NCBI RefSeq assembly: GCF_006345805.1
Contig: NC_043007.1
Coordinates: 41,540,001 to 41,604,000 of the forward strand
Direction: 5' to 3'
Source: Octopus sinensis
Lineage: Eukaryota
Length of the DNA: 64,000 nucleotides
The notes under the pieces are model-generated. The model did not search any database. It was not told the DNA's origin and saw nothing but the letters and a program-made list of their open reading frames with translations. Below, piece by piece: positions 63,159 to 64,000 of this stretch; position 1 is the stretch's first letter, and each line of letters opens with the position of its first letter. Position numbers and translations under genes: made by a program.

Positions 63159-63193
63159 GTTTAACGTTTCGAGCGGAGCTCTTCGTCGGAAAC
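63159..63193 (-). ncRNA. Minimal hammerhead-like motif in Penelope-like remnant (about 63010-63270)
   Basis: Minus strand: GTTT-CCGACGA-A-GAGC-TCC-GCTC-GAAAC-GTT-AAAC; perfect stems I and II, palindromic AACGTT stem III; core has C at position 4. Confidence 0.5.
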
Positions 63194-63280
63194 AAGGAGA
63201 AGGAAAGATCCCAAGAAGGGAAGACAGAGGAAAAAATATTTTTGCTGGTGGTGCTCAAGAGATCACATGTTGAAAGAGAT

Positions 63281-63360
<80 letters not shown>

Positions 63361-63361
<1 letters not shown>

Positions 63362-63708
63362 GGTTCCGGGTTCAGTCCCACTGCGTGGCACCTTGGGCAA
63401 GTGTCTTCTACTATAGCCTCGGGCCGACCAAAGCGTTGTGAGTGGATTTGGTAGACGGAAACTGAAAGAAGCCCATCGTATATATGTATATATATGTTTG
63501 TGTGTCTGTTTTTGTCCCCCACCCCACCCCCAACATCGCTTGACAACCGACGCTGGTGTGTTTACGTCCCCGTAACTTAGCGGTTTGGCAAAACGACCGA
63601 TAGAATAAGTACTAGGCTTACAAAGAATAAGTCCTGGGGTCGATTAGCTCGACTAAAGGCGCTGCTCCAGCATGGCCGCAGTCAAATGATTGAAACAAGT
63701 AAAAGAAT
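63361..63708 (+). mobile_element. SINE family A copy, 5' end replaced by (TA)n
   Basis: Begins tggttccgggttcagtcc directly after the (TA)n tract; CpGs retained. Confidence 0.88.
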
Positions 63709-63715
63709 ATACACA

Positions 63716-63765
<50 letters not shown>

Positions 63766-64000
63766 AACACACACACACAAACACACACACACAGAAAGGA
63801 AAGGAACGATTGTTTCTCTACACCTCTCAAAGTGGGCGCTACCGCCCCGCGGTGGGTGTTGAGAAGGTCCAGGTGGGTGCTGGTGTCTAAGGAGGCGATG
63901 GTGAGGGGTAGAGAAAAAGGAAGTATAGAGAGGAAGGCAGTGAATTGGGTGACGCTATGAATTTATTTTATCATAGTATTGTATACAAATTATATATTAT

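Overview
Eukaryotic, very AT-rich DNA crowded with microsatellites and SINEs. The repeat families match those I recognise from Octopus genomes (inference, no search run). Almost all ORFs in the six-frame track are artefacts of microsatellites or SINEs. One real gene can be assembled by hand on the minus strand from seven GT-AG exons whose phases all match: 18133-18001, 16067-15960, 14289-14090, 13127-13063, 7593-7423, 3869-3759 and 768-604. It encodes a type II membrane protein of at least 303 aa (counted from Met at 18092). The protein has a long Tyr-motif-rich cytoplasmic tail, one TM helix, a coiled-coil stalk, a vestigial collagen stretch (GPQ-GPP-GVG) and a 6-Cys C-terminal domain that I cannot match to SRCR, CTLD, C1q or fibrinogen. 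This is a class-A-scavenger-receptor-like layout with an unnamed head. Candidate non-coding 5' exons extend to a CpG-retaining region at about 61.4 kb, so the gene may span nearly the whole window. The introns hold at least five SINE/retroposon families, mariner, hAT(BED), R4/Dong-type and CR1-type remnants, Helitron-like and TTAA MITEs, and several recent tandem or inverted duplications. They also hold a series of minimal type I hammerhead-ribozyme-like motifs of the Penelope kind, including a G3-C8 covariant core in the sense orientation of the host pre-mRNA.
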